Shown here: positions 1 through 9,180 of the stretch, in pieces | How positions within the stretch are numbered: the stretch's first letter is position 1 | Layout: each line of letters opens with the position of its first letter | Source of the DNA: Pseudomonadota bacterium | GTDB taxonomy: Bacteria; Pseudomonadota; Alphaproteobacteria; RF32; CAG-239 | Assembly: GCA_918234285.1 (NCBI GenBank) | Contig: CAKJXZ020000024.1 | Coordinates: 1-64,000 of the forward strand | Direction: 5' to 3' | DNA: 64,000 nt | The notes under the pieces: model-generated | What the model saw: only the letters and a program-made list of their open reading frames with translations | Database searches by the model: none | Told to the model about the DNA's origin: nothing | Program-made: the position numbers and the translations under genes

Positions 1-921
1 GGTTTAACCGAACTGCCGGACTTATCCAAGGTAACGGTAAAAGGAAATTTTATTTGCTATGGTAATCAACTAACTTCTCTGACCGGAGCACCGCGAGAAG
101 TCGGCGGAGTTTTTTATTGCAACGACAATCAACTTACCACCTTGCAAGGAGCACCGCAAAAAGTCGGCGGAGATTTTTATTGCAGCTACAACCAACTTAC
201 TTCCTTGACCGGAGCACCGCGAGAAGTCGGCGGAAGTTTTCGTTGCAACGACAATCAACTTACCACATTGGAAGGAGCGCCGCAAGAAGTCGGCGGAGAT
301 TTTTATTGTGACAACAATAAACTTACTTCATTACAGGGAGCACCGCGAGAAGTCGGTGGAGATTTTCGGTGCTACGATAATCAACTGACCACCTTACAAG
401 GAGCGCCGCAAGAAGTCGGCGGAGATTTTTGGTGCTGCAGTAATCATCTGACTACCTTACAAGGAGCACCGCAAGAAGTCGGCGGAAGTTTTCGTTGCTA
501 TAAAAACCAACTTACGTCCTTGACCGGAGCACCGCAAGAAGTCGGCGGAGATTTTGAGTGCCACTACAATAAGCTTACTACCTTGACCGGAGCGCCGAAG
601 GAAGTCGGCGGAGATTTTAGTTGCAGTAAAAATAATGACTTATTATCTTTATTCGGATTGCCTCAAATGTCGGATGATAAAAGTATATACTGCGACAATG
701 ATTTGATGGAAAGATATAATTGCCCGAAGGCGGCAGATGTAGGCGGCAATTATTATATTAAATATAAAGATTTGATTGAAAGCGCAAAGTATCAAAGCGA
801 GTTATCCGTCTATAAAATTCGGCAGAAAAAGCATGAGGAAAATAAGGTTAATCAAGCGCAATTCAAGGCCGGCTATGCCGCATTCAAAAAGAAATTTAAG
901 CCGTCCGAGCGCGAAGAATAA
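1..921 (+). CDS. Leucine-rich-repeat-like protein (21-aa repeats), 5'-truncated by the window edge; basic C-terminal tail
   Basis: Frame 1 is open from base 1 (GLTELPDLSKVTVKGNFICYGNQLTSLT...). About 9-10 copies of GAPxEVGGxFxCxxNxLTxLx, an LxLxxNxL-type LRR variant. Stop TAA at 919-921. Confidence 0.85.
   Translation, partial: GLTELPDLSKVTVKGNFICYGNQLTSLTGAPREVGGVFYCNDNQLTTLQGAPQKVGGDFYCSYNQLTSLTGAPREVGGSFRCNDNQLTTLEGAPQEVGGDFYCDNNKLTSLQGAPREVGGDFRCYDNQLTTLQGAPQEVGGDFWCCSNHLTTLQGAPQEVGGSFRCYKNQLTSLTGAPQEVGGDFECHYNKLTTLTGAPKEVGGDFSCSKNNDLLSLFGLPQMSDDKSIYCDNDLMERYNCPKAADVGGNYYIKYKDLIESAKYQSELSVYKIRQKKHEENKVNQAQFKAGYAAFKKKFKPSEREE
46..640 (+). repeat. 63-bp tandem repeat array (~9.5 units) coding the LRR-like solenoid
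   Basis: GGAGCRCCG starts recur at 85,148,211,274,337,400,463,526,589 (63-bp period). Confidence 0.95.
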
Positions 922-942
922 AAATATTACGGTATATCATTC

Positions 943-971
943 TTGACAAAAATCGCAAAATACACTAATAT
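943..971 (+). promoter_or_regulatory. Putative sigma70 promoter for 990..2603
   Basis: TTGACA(943-948)-17bp-TAATAT; GAGGA SD before ATG 990. Confidence 0.5.
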
Positions 972-989
972 TGGTGCAAGAGGACAGAG

Positions 990-2603
990 ATGGATTTTAA
1001 AAACAAAATTCGCAAATATTTTAAACGTTATCGGGTACCGGCGCTGGCCGCACTAATATCCGGTTTTTCCGTTTTGGGCGGATTTATGTTTAAGCCGAAT
1101 TCCGCCAAGCCGGTAAAAAATGCGCCGAAAATCGCAAAAGTTGCTGCATCGCAAACCGAACCGCAGCACGTTAAAAATCCGGTATTGAATATTACTTATC
1201 GTACCGATACATTGGAACACGCGCCCAGTACTTTGCTTTTTTACAGCCGCGGTTCGATTACGCGCAATTATGTTGAAAACAACAACAGTTTCCGTATGCA
1301 GCTGCCGTATTTTGCGCATGAAAATTGGCATCATCACAACTACCTTATCGGTTATCGCACGCACTATTATTTTACACCGGTGGAATATTATAAGCTGTGT
1401 ATGCACGATGAAATTTCCGCCAACATTGCCGCGGTTTTGACGGCACGTTACGAATATTTGGCCGCGCCGACCAAGGCCGAGCGCAAAGCCGTGATTAAGC
1501 GCTATAAATCTACTTATTTGCGTTTTTATTTTGCGGAAGTTGAAAAAGGCAAGATTAATCCGGAACGGCGCGATAAAAAGCATTTTGACGCCGAAATGAG
1601 CTTTATTGCCAACGAAACGCAAAAAATGTGGTTGCAGAGATATGCGGCACACTATGCACCGCGCACCTATCGGATGTTGCAGCGTTATGTTGCCCGCAAC
1701 GGATTGGTTGAAGACAGTAAAAAAAGTTACAGCTACGTACTTAATAAGATGTACAACATCGGCGGGGTTAATTTTGCCGAGTATATGAAAGAAGACATCA
1801 ACACGGCCGATGATAAAGTCAGATTGGCCGAGCAACTGCGCAAGGTTAAGAGTATGCGTTTCGGTGGAATCGATATTATGAATCACGTCAGCGATTCATA
1901 CAATCTGATGGAAAAAGTAAGCGCCGAAAATACCACGGAAGCTTTTCAGAATTTATTGGTTGCGGCGAAACTTAAATATATGTTGCAGGATAAAACCGCC
2001 AAACAACTGGAAGATAATCCGCAACTGGTGAATTTATGCTTTGTTAAAATAATGAATCAGGTTCGCGCCGACAAAACCTTTAAAGAAGCGGTTATCAATT
2101 ATCCGATGATTGCTGATAATCGCGTCAATTTAAACCGCGACGATAAGACAGATATCGCAGCAATCAGACAGATGTATCAATTTAAGGGGGTGGACTTGTT
2201 ATCGCTGATTTCGAGTTATAAACAAGAAGCCATGCCGATTCGCCGGATGGAAGATCTTTGCACTTTTGGAAATTACGGACTTGATTTTATTTCGGCAACG
2301 GAAAATGACCGTATTGATGATTTATTTGATGAGCATACGGCTTTTTCGCCGTTTTTGCCGGATGTTTCACAAAAGGAGGCTTCTTCGTTTACGAAAAATC
2401 ATATCAGCGCACCGCAAAACCTAAGGATTCCGAATTTGCACGAACCGATTTTGACGGCGGCAACGGCCGATGATTATTTTCAGATTCTGCAATGTATGCG
2501 CGAATTTGCAAGCATTCCGCAAGTCCTAAAAGAGTGTAATACCGCGGCGCAGAAAAAATTTTTACGCGAGCACCCCGAATATACCAAACAAAATGCAAAA
2601 TAA
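990..2603 (+). CDS. Hypothetical membrane-anchored/exported protein with HExxH zincin-like motif
   Basis: Basic N-terminus plus hydrophobic anchor (VPALAALISGFSVLGGFMF). HENWH at 1317-1331 followed by YYKLCMHDEISA. Similar by eye to 15367..17379. Confidence 0.75.
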   Translation: MDFKNKIRKYFKRYRVPALAALISGFSVLGGFMFKPNSAKPVKNAPKIAKVAASQTEPQHVKNPVLNITYRTDTLEHAPSTLLFYSRGSITRNYVENNNSFRMQLPYFAHENWHHHNYLIGYRTHYYFTPVEYYKLCMHDEISANIAAVLTARYEYLAAPTKAERKAVIKRYKSTYLRFYFAEVEKGKINPERRDKKHFDAEMSFIANETQKMWLQRYAAHYAPRTYRMLQRYVARNGLVEDSKKSYSYVLNKMYNIGGVNFAEYMKEDINTADDKVRLAEQLRKVKSMRFGGIDIMNHVSDSYNLMEKVSAENTTEAFQNLLVAAKLKYMLQDKTAKQLEDNPQLVNLCFVKIMNQVRADKTFKEAVINYPMIADNRVNLNRDDKTDIAAIRQMYQFKGVDLLSLISSYKQEAMPIRRMEDLCTFGNYGLDFISATENDRIDDLFDEHTAFSPFLPDVSQKEASSFTKNHISAPQNLRIPNLHEPILTAATADDYFQILQCMREFASIPQVLKECNTAAQKKFLREHPEYTKQNAK

Positions 2604-2637
2604 AATCCGTCGAGCTGTTAACTCGACGGATTTTATT
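2599..2637. terminator. Bidirectional rho-independent terminator
   Basis: 16-bp perfect inverted repeat aataaaatccgtcgag/ctcgacggattttatt between convergent genes, overlapping both stop codons. Confidence 0.85.
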
Positions 2638-3238
2638 ATTTGTGATACAATTCGTAGATTTTTCGGGCGGTTGAGAATCGCGGGTCAAGCATGACCACTG
2701 CCTTGATTTCCGGCTGAAAGTCCCACTTGGTGCAGAACCTACATAAGAGATTGATGTAGTTCTGACTAGCAAATGTTTGTGTCGGCTTTGTATAAATGGA
2801 AACGAGCTTTCGCTGTAATTCCATATCCTCATGGTCGCCGATATTGGCGATAAACATATCCGTTAATTCCGGATAGTGCTCAATATAGGCCAACACATCA
2901 TTGAACTGATAGAAATCATTCACATGCTCGACAAACCAGGTATCCATCTCGTTGGAATCGCGGAAAATCAGGCTGCGCTTGTTCACTTTTTGAATCTTAT
3001 TCCACAACTCGTTGTGCTTAGGATTATCCCGCAGTGACTTGTCCATTTCCGGTCGGTTGTAACTGTTTTTGGTAATACAGCTTTCCGCCGTCATGGGAGA
3101 ATAATAATCACAGAGATGCTTTTCCTCTTCCTCCTCCTCGATTTCTACAATCTCGGGCTGCCGATTGCGACGCTTGAACCACACCGCCACTACAACGATT
3201 GCTACAATCGCTGCAATGAAGAATAATACCATTTCCAT
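2636..3238 (-). CDS. Hypothetical protein with N-terminal transmembrane anchor (ORFan-like)
   Basis: 200-aa ORF; MEMVLFFIAAIVAIVVVAVWFKRR anchor then an acidic run; own promoter-like TTGATT-16-TAATCT upstream. Confidence 0.75.
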   Translation of the reverse strand: MEMVLFFIAAIVAIVVVAVWFKRRNRQPEIVEIEEEEEEKHLCDYYSPMTAESCITKNSYNRPEMDKSLRDNPKHNELWNKIQKVNKRSLIFRDSNEMDTWFVEHVNDFYQFNDVLAYIEHYPELTDMFIANIGDHEDMELQRKLVSIYTKPTQTFASQNYINLLCRFCTKWDFQPEIKAVVMLDPRFSTARKIYELYHK

Positions 3239-3338
3239 AATTGTAAAATTTTGTATCTTTAGATTACCATAAATTATACAAAAATCAACAAAAAAATGAT
3301 TTAATTGAATTTAAGGGATTGTTTGAGGCAGAAAAAGC

Positions 3339-5675
3339 CTAAATTTTTACACTGACATCGAGAATGTTGCGGTCTTTATCGCGTCTATATTCCACATTAT
3401 CCGTTAATTCTTTTACCAAATAAATACCCAAACCGCCGATATTTCTCTGTTCTGCCGTACCGGTTAAATCCGGAGTTTCGCGTTTTTGCGGATCATAAGC
3501 AACACCATTGTCCGTAAAGCACAGATGATATGAGCCGTCTTTAATATATGAATATATGCGCACCAAACCGTGCGAATGATAGGCATATTGCGCAACATTG
3601 GAGAAAATTTCTTCGGTTGCCACCATTATTCGGGACTGCTGATTTAGCGGAACATTATTCTTTTCCATATCGTTTTCAACATAAGCCAAAACCGTATCGA
3701 TAAATCTGACTTCCGCTTTTATGGTCAGTGCGCCTTTCGGTAACGCACAATAAACCAATTCCAACATGGTTAAATCGTCTGATTGCTCCGCGCCGTCGGC
3801 AAATTCCGCAATATCGTTTTTTATGGTCAATAACACGTCATAAGGCGATTGCAAAGGTTGGTTCAGCATTTCCATCATTCGCTCGTTGCCGTAAAATTCT
3901 CCGGCTTTATTCTGAGCCTCATTTACGCCGTCCGTATAAAGAAACATACGATCGCCCGCACGCATTTGCAGTTTTTCTTCTTTAAATACTATATCTTCAA
4001 TTCCGCCCAAGACAATGTTGCGCTTTACTTCAAGCATCCGATAGCCGTTTTGGTCGCGGTAACACGGCGGATTGTGGCCGGCATTGACATAATGAAGTTC
4101 GCCGTTTCGCAAGTCCAATACCGCCATAAACGCGGTTACAAACAAGTTGCCGCCGCCGCGACACAATTCGTTGTTCACTTTTCCGAATACTTCGGTCAAT
4201 GATACTCCGGATTTTGCCGTGCTGCGAATCAGAGCTTTGGCGTTCATCATATATAAAGCGGCCGGAATTCCTTTTCCGGAAACATCGGCAATCACTACGG
4301 CAACGTGATTATCATCCGTGTAAAAGAAGTCGTAGAAGTCGCCCCCCACCTTTTTTGCCGCGGTCATATAGGCATAAACTTCAAATGATTCGTGAAACGG
4401 AAACTCAACCGGCAGTGCGGATTGCTGAATTTTTTGCGCAATCTCCAACTCACTTTTGGCGCGTTGTTTTTCGCCGGCGGCTTTTTTCACAAGTTCAATA
4501 TGCTGCAACAGATTATCGCGCATTTTATGAAAAGCGTCATTCATAGCGCCGATTTCGTCATTTGGCATATTTTCCGGTAAGGTTGCTTCAAAATTGCCCT
4601 CGCCGTACTGAATTGCCACTTTGCTTAAATCGTATAAAGGCTTGGTCGAGCGGCGGAAGATAAGATGGAGAATAAACAATAATCCGATTAACCATAGCAG
4701 CATAAAAGAAACTATTTTTATCTGCAAATCTCTGAGCGGCGCGACAAACTGCTTTTTGGAACAAACAAAGCCAACTCCCCACTTTGAATCGGGTATCGGT
4801 GCATATAACACCATAACGGCGGAATCATAAACGGTTGAAACCGGAATTTCAATACTGCCGTCGCGCTGATTTTGTATATCTTCATAAGCTTTCATCAGCT
4901 GCGGCAACTTGTTTTTTTCCGCAATTTCCTGAATGGTGGTAATATTTTGTAGATTTACGTCAGGATGAATAATAAATCTGCCTTGCGGAGAAATTACCCA
5001 AAATCGTCCGATACTGTTTTTCTCAATCTTTGCGATATCTTTACGCAAAACATTTAAATCCATGGAAACGGCAACCAAACCGTCAAATTTTTCCGAGCCG
5101 ACAAATTTAAAAGGTATTAAGCAAGTTATAACCGGCGATTTTTCATCAAAGCTTTCGGCAATATACGGCTCACTCCAAAAAACGGCTTCTTCTTTCGGCA
5201 CAGCCTTAAACCACGGATACAACTTATAAAAATCGGTCATTTGCGTCGATTTGAATTGAAAATTTCCCTCGTCCATAACCGCCGAATACATGGTTCCGGT
5301 AGTTACGTCTTCGTTTTCAAACACATAAACCCACGCGTGAGCCGCGTCCGATTCGTCATGAATGAGAGTTTGCATTGCGGAATGCAGCAGATGTCGCATC
5401 ATCTCCACATCGGTGCTGGATAATTCTTTTAAAGTGTTTTTGATGGTAAATGCCGCGCTTTCCGTCTCCCAACAGGTAGCTTCCAAATTTTTTACCACAT
5501 CTTGCAAAGGTCGGCGAGCCAATCCTTCCATATGGGATCTAATAATCGGCCTTGAATGCTCGGTTAAAAAAATCCACAACCATACTACGCCTATAAACAC
5601 ACATATTGAAATGCTGACACTCAATTTGAAAGTCAGCGGTTGCCGTCTGTACCAATTGCGGACGGCGGTAAACAT
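3339..5675 (-). CDS. Sensor PP2C/SpoIIE phosphatase with Cache, HAMP and C-terminal anti-sigma kinase (HATPase_c) domains
   Basis: Two TMs around a Cache-like region; HAMP (NDEIG); PP2C motifs VGGDFYD, IADVSGKG, LYTDGVNEA, SDDLT; HATPase motifs EEIFSN, DNG, GGLGIYLV. Confidence 0.92.
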   Translation of the reverse strand: MFTAVRNWYRRQPLTFKLSVSISICVFIGVVWLWIFLTEHSRPIIRSHMEGLARRPLQDVVKNLEATCWETESAAFTIKNTLKELSSTDVEMMRHLLHSAMQTLIHDESDAAHAWVYVFENEDVTTGTMYSAVMDEGNFQFKSTQMTDFYKLYPWFKAVPKEEAVFWSEPYIAESFDEKSPVITCLIPFKFVGSEKFDGLVAVSMDLNVLRKDIAKIEKNSIGRFWVISPQGRFIIHPDVNLQNITTIQEIAEKNKLPQLMKAYEDIQNQRDGSIEIPVSTVYDSAVMVLYAPIPDSKWGVGFVCSKKQFVAPLRDLQIKIVSFMLLWLIGLLFILHLIFRRSTKPLYDLSKVAIQYGEGNFEATLPENMPNDEIGAMNDAFHKMRDNLLQHIELVKKAAGEKQRAKSELEIAQKIQQSALPVEFPFHESFEVYAYMTAAKKVGGDFYDFFYTDDNHVAVVIADVSGKGIPAALYMMNAKALIRSTAKSGVSLTEVFGKVNNELCRGGGNLFVTAFMAVLDLRNGELHYVNAGHNPPCYRDQNGYRMLEVKRNIVLGGIEDIVFKEEKLQMRAGDRMFLYTDGVNEAQNKAGEFYGNERMMEMLNQPLQSPYDVLLTIKNDIAEFADGAEQSDDLTMLELVYCALPKGALTIKAEVRFIDTVLAYVENDMEKNNVPLNQQSRIMVATEEIFSNVAQYAYHSHGLVRIYSYIKDGSYHLCFTDNGVAYDPQKRETPDLTGTAEQRNIGGLGIYLVKELTDNVEYRRDKDRNILDVSVKI

Positions 5676-5677
5676 TT

Positions 5678-5971
5678 TTATTCTATGTCCATAATATTGG
5701 TGAAGCCGACGATTTCAAAAATTTCCTTTACGGACGGCTGCACATTAATCAATTTCAACTTTCCGCCGTTGGCGTTCATAATCTTCTGTGCCTGCAGGAA
5801 AATACGCAAACCGGCCGAAAACACATAATCTACATCGCTTAAATCATAAACCATCTCTTTCAAGTCGGTAAAATCAACTGCCTCAAGTAACTCCGGTGCC
5901 GAATTGGTATCAATGCGTCCCATTACCGTGCATACTGCTTTATCGCCGTTTTTTTCTACTTTGTATTCCAT
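5678..5971 (-). CDS. STAS-domain anti-sigma-factor antagonist
   Basis: GRIDT...DLSDVDYVFSAGLR motif with the phosphoacceptor Ser; start placed at ATG 5971 after GAAAGGG. Confidence 0.9.
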   Translation of the reverse strand: MEYKVEKNGDKAVCTVMGRIDTNSAPELLEAVDFTDLKEMVYDLSDVDYVFSAGLRIFLQAQKIMNANGGKLKLINVQPSVKEIFEIVGFTNIMDIE

Positions 5972-6111
5972 TTTTTTCCCTTTCAAAAAGCTTCATTGAG
6001 AAGGAGTATAAAACAAATTTTCTTATTAAGTCAAACAAAAATCCTGTTCTCCGCAAACTTTTACTTGACAATAATCGTTTTTTGTGCAAGATTATAGACA
6101 AATTCAATATT

Positions 6112-6972
6112 ATGAAGAATATTATTCTTTCCATCACAGCGTTCCTGATGATGGTACTGTGTTTGTCGTCTTGTACACAGGATCCCAGATTGGATAAAGA
6201 CAAGGCAATGCATGAGAATATCCCTCATTTGGATAGTCTCAGCAAAGAAGCTCGCTATAACGTGCAACGCGCCTATGGTATTGTTGATCGGATTTTTACG
6301 TTTATCGCCTTTTTGGAGAGTGATGAAGGCGAAGGAAAACCGTATTTTGACAATTCGGCCCGTTGGACGGTATGGTTCGGAACCACGGTTAAACCCGACG
6401 GTTCACGCGTTAAAAAAACCGATCCATGGATTCCCCGTTCCGAGGGTATTGTATACAGTTACTGTCATTTGTTCAAACATGTGTTTCCGTTTTTTCAGTA
6501 TTTTGATAAACGGGAACTCAGCGATGGACAAATTATCTGCACAGCGTTATTCATTTATAACGTAGGCGGAGAAATGGTAACCGGATACAACGACAAGGGG
6601 CGGAAGATAGGTAAAGCAAGTTCGTATTTGCAGGCGGTTAATGCCGGCATGAACAGCGAATATTGCGTTAACTGTCTTACCGGATTCAGAAGATCGGGTA
6701 AATCGCGTGCCGGCGGATTGCTGAAAAGACATTGGGTAGAGGGAGCCGCATACCTTGAAATTTTAACCGCAGATAATATTCTGCCGTTAATTCCTGCGCA
6801 GTTCTACAATACCAAAAACTACGGCAATTATTTCTGGCTCAACAAGCGCCGCCATATTCTTCAGGAGAAGGGTTTTTATAAGCTTCGTTATGACGAAACC
6901 ACAATAAAGACTTTCTTTAAGATGAATACGGCCGGCCCGAGGCAGAAAAGCGTTGGCAGCATCATTAAATGA
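6112..6972 (+). CDS. Lipoprotein with GH24 (phage-type) lysozyme domain
   Basis: Start ATG 6112; lipobox LSSC; DEG..PYFD....WTVWFG, ALFIYNVG and GLLKRHWVE match GH24 motifs; TTGACA at 6065. Confidence 0.75.
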   Translation: MKNIILSITAFLMMVLCLSSCTQDPRLDKDKAMHENIPHLDSLSKEARYNVQRAYGIVDRIFTFIAFLESDEGEGKPYFDNSARWTVWFGTTVKPDGSRVKKTDPWIPRSEGIVYSYCHLFKHVFPFFQYFDKRELSDGQIICTALFIYNVGGEMVTGYNDKGRKIGKASSYLQAVNAGMNSEYCVNCLTGFRRSGKSRAGGLLKRHWVEGAAYLEILTADNILPLIPAQFYNTKNYGNYFWLNKRRHILQEKGFYKLRYDETTIKTFFKMNTAGPRQKSVGSIIK

Positions 6973-6976
6973 AACA

Positions 6977-7017
6977 TGGAAACCTGTCTTTAGATATAGA
7001 CAGGCTTTCATTTTTTT
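6977..7017. terminator. Terminator between convergent lysozyme and PBP genes
   Basis: Stem cctgtct/agacagg followed by a T-run. Confidence 0.6.
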
Positions 7018-7025
7018 AAATGGTG

Positions 7026-9047
7026 TTATTCGGTACGGTCAATCAAAGCGCCGATGGCATCTTCGTCATCTTTATCTTCTGATATACCAATCAACTCGCC
7101 GATATTTTTTGCCGGTGTTGCCAGCGGAGCATACCGCGGTGCGCCGGCCGGCGTATCTTTGAGCGTTGTCAGCATAATATCGTGCCATATTTCTGCCGGC
7201 AAACTCCCTCCCCCTACTTTATTCATCGGCTTTTCGTTATCATTACCTACCCAGACGGCGGCAACATATTTGTTGGTCCAACCGATAAACCAGGCATCGC
7301 GATAGTTCTGCGTTGTACCGGTTTTGCCGGCGGCAAATATCGGTAAACGAGCTTTACGGCCGGTTCCCTGATTGATAACGGCCTCCATCATCTGTGTTAA
7401 TTTAAGCACTGCATCGGCCTCCAGGATTCGTGCCGGTTTTTCCTCTTGGCGCAAATAAATCTGCCGGCCGTCGTGGGTGGCGACTTCGTTGATTGCGTGC
7501 GGCCAAACTTCATAACCGCCGTTGGCCAGCGTGGCGTAAGCAGTTGCCATGTCTATAACCTTAACCGTATTTGTTCCCAAAACCATTGACGGTGTCAGTG
7601 TTAAATCGGTGGTTATACCCATTTTGTGGGCATTGGCGGCAATATCCTTGAGATACAATTCCTGCGACAAGCGCACGGTGGCCGCATTGAGCGATTGCGC
7701 TAAGGCATAGGTAAGAGAAACATCCCCGTAATAGCGTTTGGTATAGTTTTCCGGCTTCCATTTACCAATGGTAATCGGCGCGTCGGAAATAATGCTCGAC
7801 GGCGTAAATCCCACTTGCAAGGCGGTCAGATACACAAACGGTTTGAAGGACGAACCGGCCTGTCGGCGAGCCTGCGTTGCTCGGTTGAACTGGCTGCGGT
7901 TATAATCAACACCGCCGACCATGGCTTTGATGGCACCGGTTTTATCCAAAATCACGACGGCACCTTCGGTCACGTTTTTATCTTTGGCTGCCGCAATTTT
8001 TTGGCTCAAGATTTTTTCGGCGGTTTCCTGTAATTTCTGGTCGAGCGAAGTCATTACCACGATATCTTCGGTACGTTCACCGATAAATTCGTTAATTTTA
8101 TCATACACGTACTGGGCAAAATGTTTGCCGCCGACCACCCGATATTCTTGCCCGTTGCCGATTGGCATATCAAGCGCCTGTTTATATTCTTTATCGGTAA
8201 TAAGCTTGTATTTCTGCATATTTTTCAGCACTACGGCGGCCCGCTCCAACGCCTTTTTTCTTTGCAAAATCGGATTATAGCGATTCGGTGCTTTCAGCAT
8301 ACCGGCCAAAATCGCGGCTTCGTGCAGGTTCAAATCATATACGCTCTTATTGAAATACCAGTTGGCAGCCGCATCGGCACCGTAATTGCCCGAGCCGAAA
8401 TATACGCGATTAAGATACAGCGCCATAATCTGCTCTTTGCTCATTTTTTTTTCCAGCCACAGCGCCAGCAAAAGTTCTTGCACCTTGCGCCGCACGGTTT
8501 TATTCGGGGTAAGGAAAATGTTTTTTGCTACTTGCTGGGTTATGGTTGAAGCCCCCTGTGCATAGCGTTTGCGGAAAACGTTGGTAAAGGCGGCACGGGT
8601 AAAACCGAAGGCATCAAAGCCGAAGTGTTTATAAAAGCGGTGGTCTTCAATGGCAATAACGGCATTGGTCAGATTTTTCGGCAGATTGTCCGGATAAATA
8701 ACCTGCGCATAAATATTGCCGAATTTGGCGATATCATTACCGTTTTCCGCCATAATTACGGTAGACGGTTGACGAGTGCGCGCCACGGCTTTTTGAATGT
8801 CCGGCATGGTAATATAGCAATAAAAAACATAGCCGCAGAGCAGTAAAAACAGCGCCAGTCCGCTCCAAAATATCCATTTAAGCAGCCGCCATTTCCACGA
8901 TGTGCGGTGTTTTTTGCCGCTTGTTTTTTTCTTTGGTTTGGCACTCGGTTGTTTGCGCAAAGCATGATTTTGCCGTCCGGTATTTTCGCGTTTTAATTTG
9001 CCGGATGCGGTTTTGTTTTTGTTGGTTTTAATATTTGTCGCAGTCAT
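7026..9047 (-). CDS. Class A penicillin-binding protein (PBP1A family)
   Basis: Transglycosylase motifs EDHRFYKHFG, GASTITQQ, RKVQE; transpeptidase motifs SSFK, SLN, KTG. Confidence 0.95.
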   Translation of the reverse strand: MTATNIKTNKNKTASGKLKRENTGRQNHALRKQPSAKPKKKTSGKKHRTSWKWRLLKWIFWSGLALFLLLCGYVFYCYITMPDIQKAVARTRQPSTVIMAENGNDIAKFGNIYAQVIYPDNLPKNLTNAVIAIEDHRFYKHFGFDAFGFTRAAFTNVFRKRYAQGASTITQQVAKNIFLTPNKTVRRKVQELLLALWLEKKMSKEQIMALYLNRVYFGSGNYGADAAANWYFNKSVYDLNLHEAAILAGMLKAPNRYNPILQRKKALERAAVVLKNMQKYKLITDKEYKQALDMPIGNGQEYRVVGGKHFAQYVYDKINEFIGERTEDIVVMTSLDQKLQETAEKILSQKIAAAKDKNVTEGAVVILDKTGAIKAMVGGVDYNRSQFNRATQARRQAGSSFKPFVYLTALQVGFTPSSIISDAPITIGKWKPENYTKRYYGDVSLTYALAQSLNAATVRLSQELYLKDIAANAHKMGITTDLTLTPSMVLGTNTVKVIDMATAYATLANGGYEVWPHAINEVATHDGRQIYLRQEEKPARILEADAVLKLTQMMEAVINQGTGRKARLPIFAAGKTGTTQNYRDAWFIGWTNKYVAAVWVGNDNEKPMNKVGGGSLPAEIWHDIMLTTLKDTPAGAPRYAPLATPAKNIGELIGISEDKDDEDAIGALIDRTE

Positions 9048-9180
9048 TTTATCCTCATTATTCGTTGCCGAACATTATGCGCCTCAGAAGTTAAAGAAAT
9101 CATAAAGTTTGGGGCAAAATTTAAAATACTTTGCGCCGCCGGCAAAACGGGATTATATTGTTGCAAGAGGGAGAAAAAAT

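Noticed and set aside
46-640. 63-bp repeats as a CRISPR array
   Set aside because: Contiguous in-frame coding repeats with no unique spacers and no cas genes
1053-1886. Long antisense ORFs (also 57043..57732, 58608..59255, 12370..12990)
   Set aside because: Shadows of real genes on the opposite strand; no motifs or RBS
5896-6111. Upstream extensions of ORF-track starts (lysozyme, polA, hppA, greA, dciA and others)
   Set aside because: They overlap promoters or neighbouring genes; downstream ATGs have SD, lipobox or family-typical N-termini
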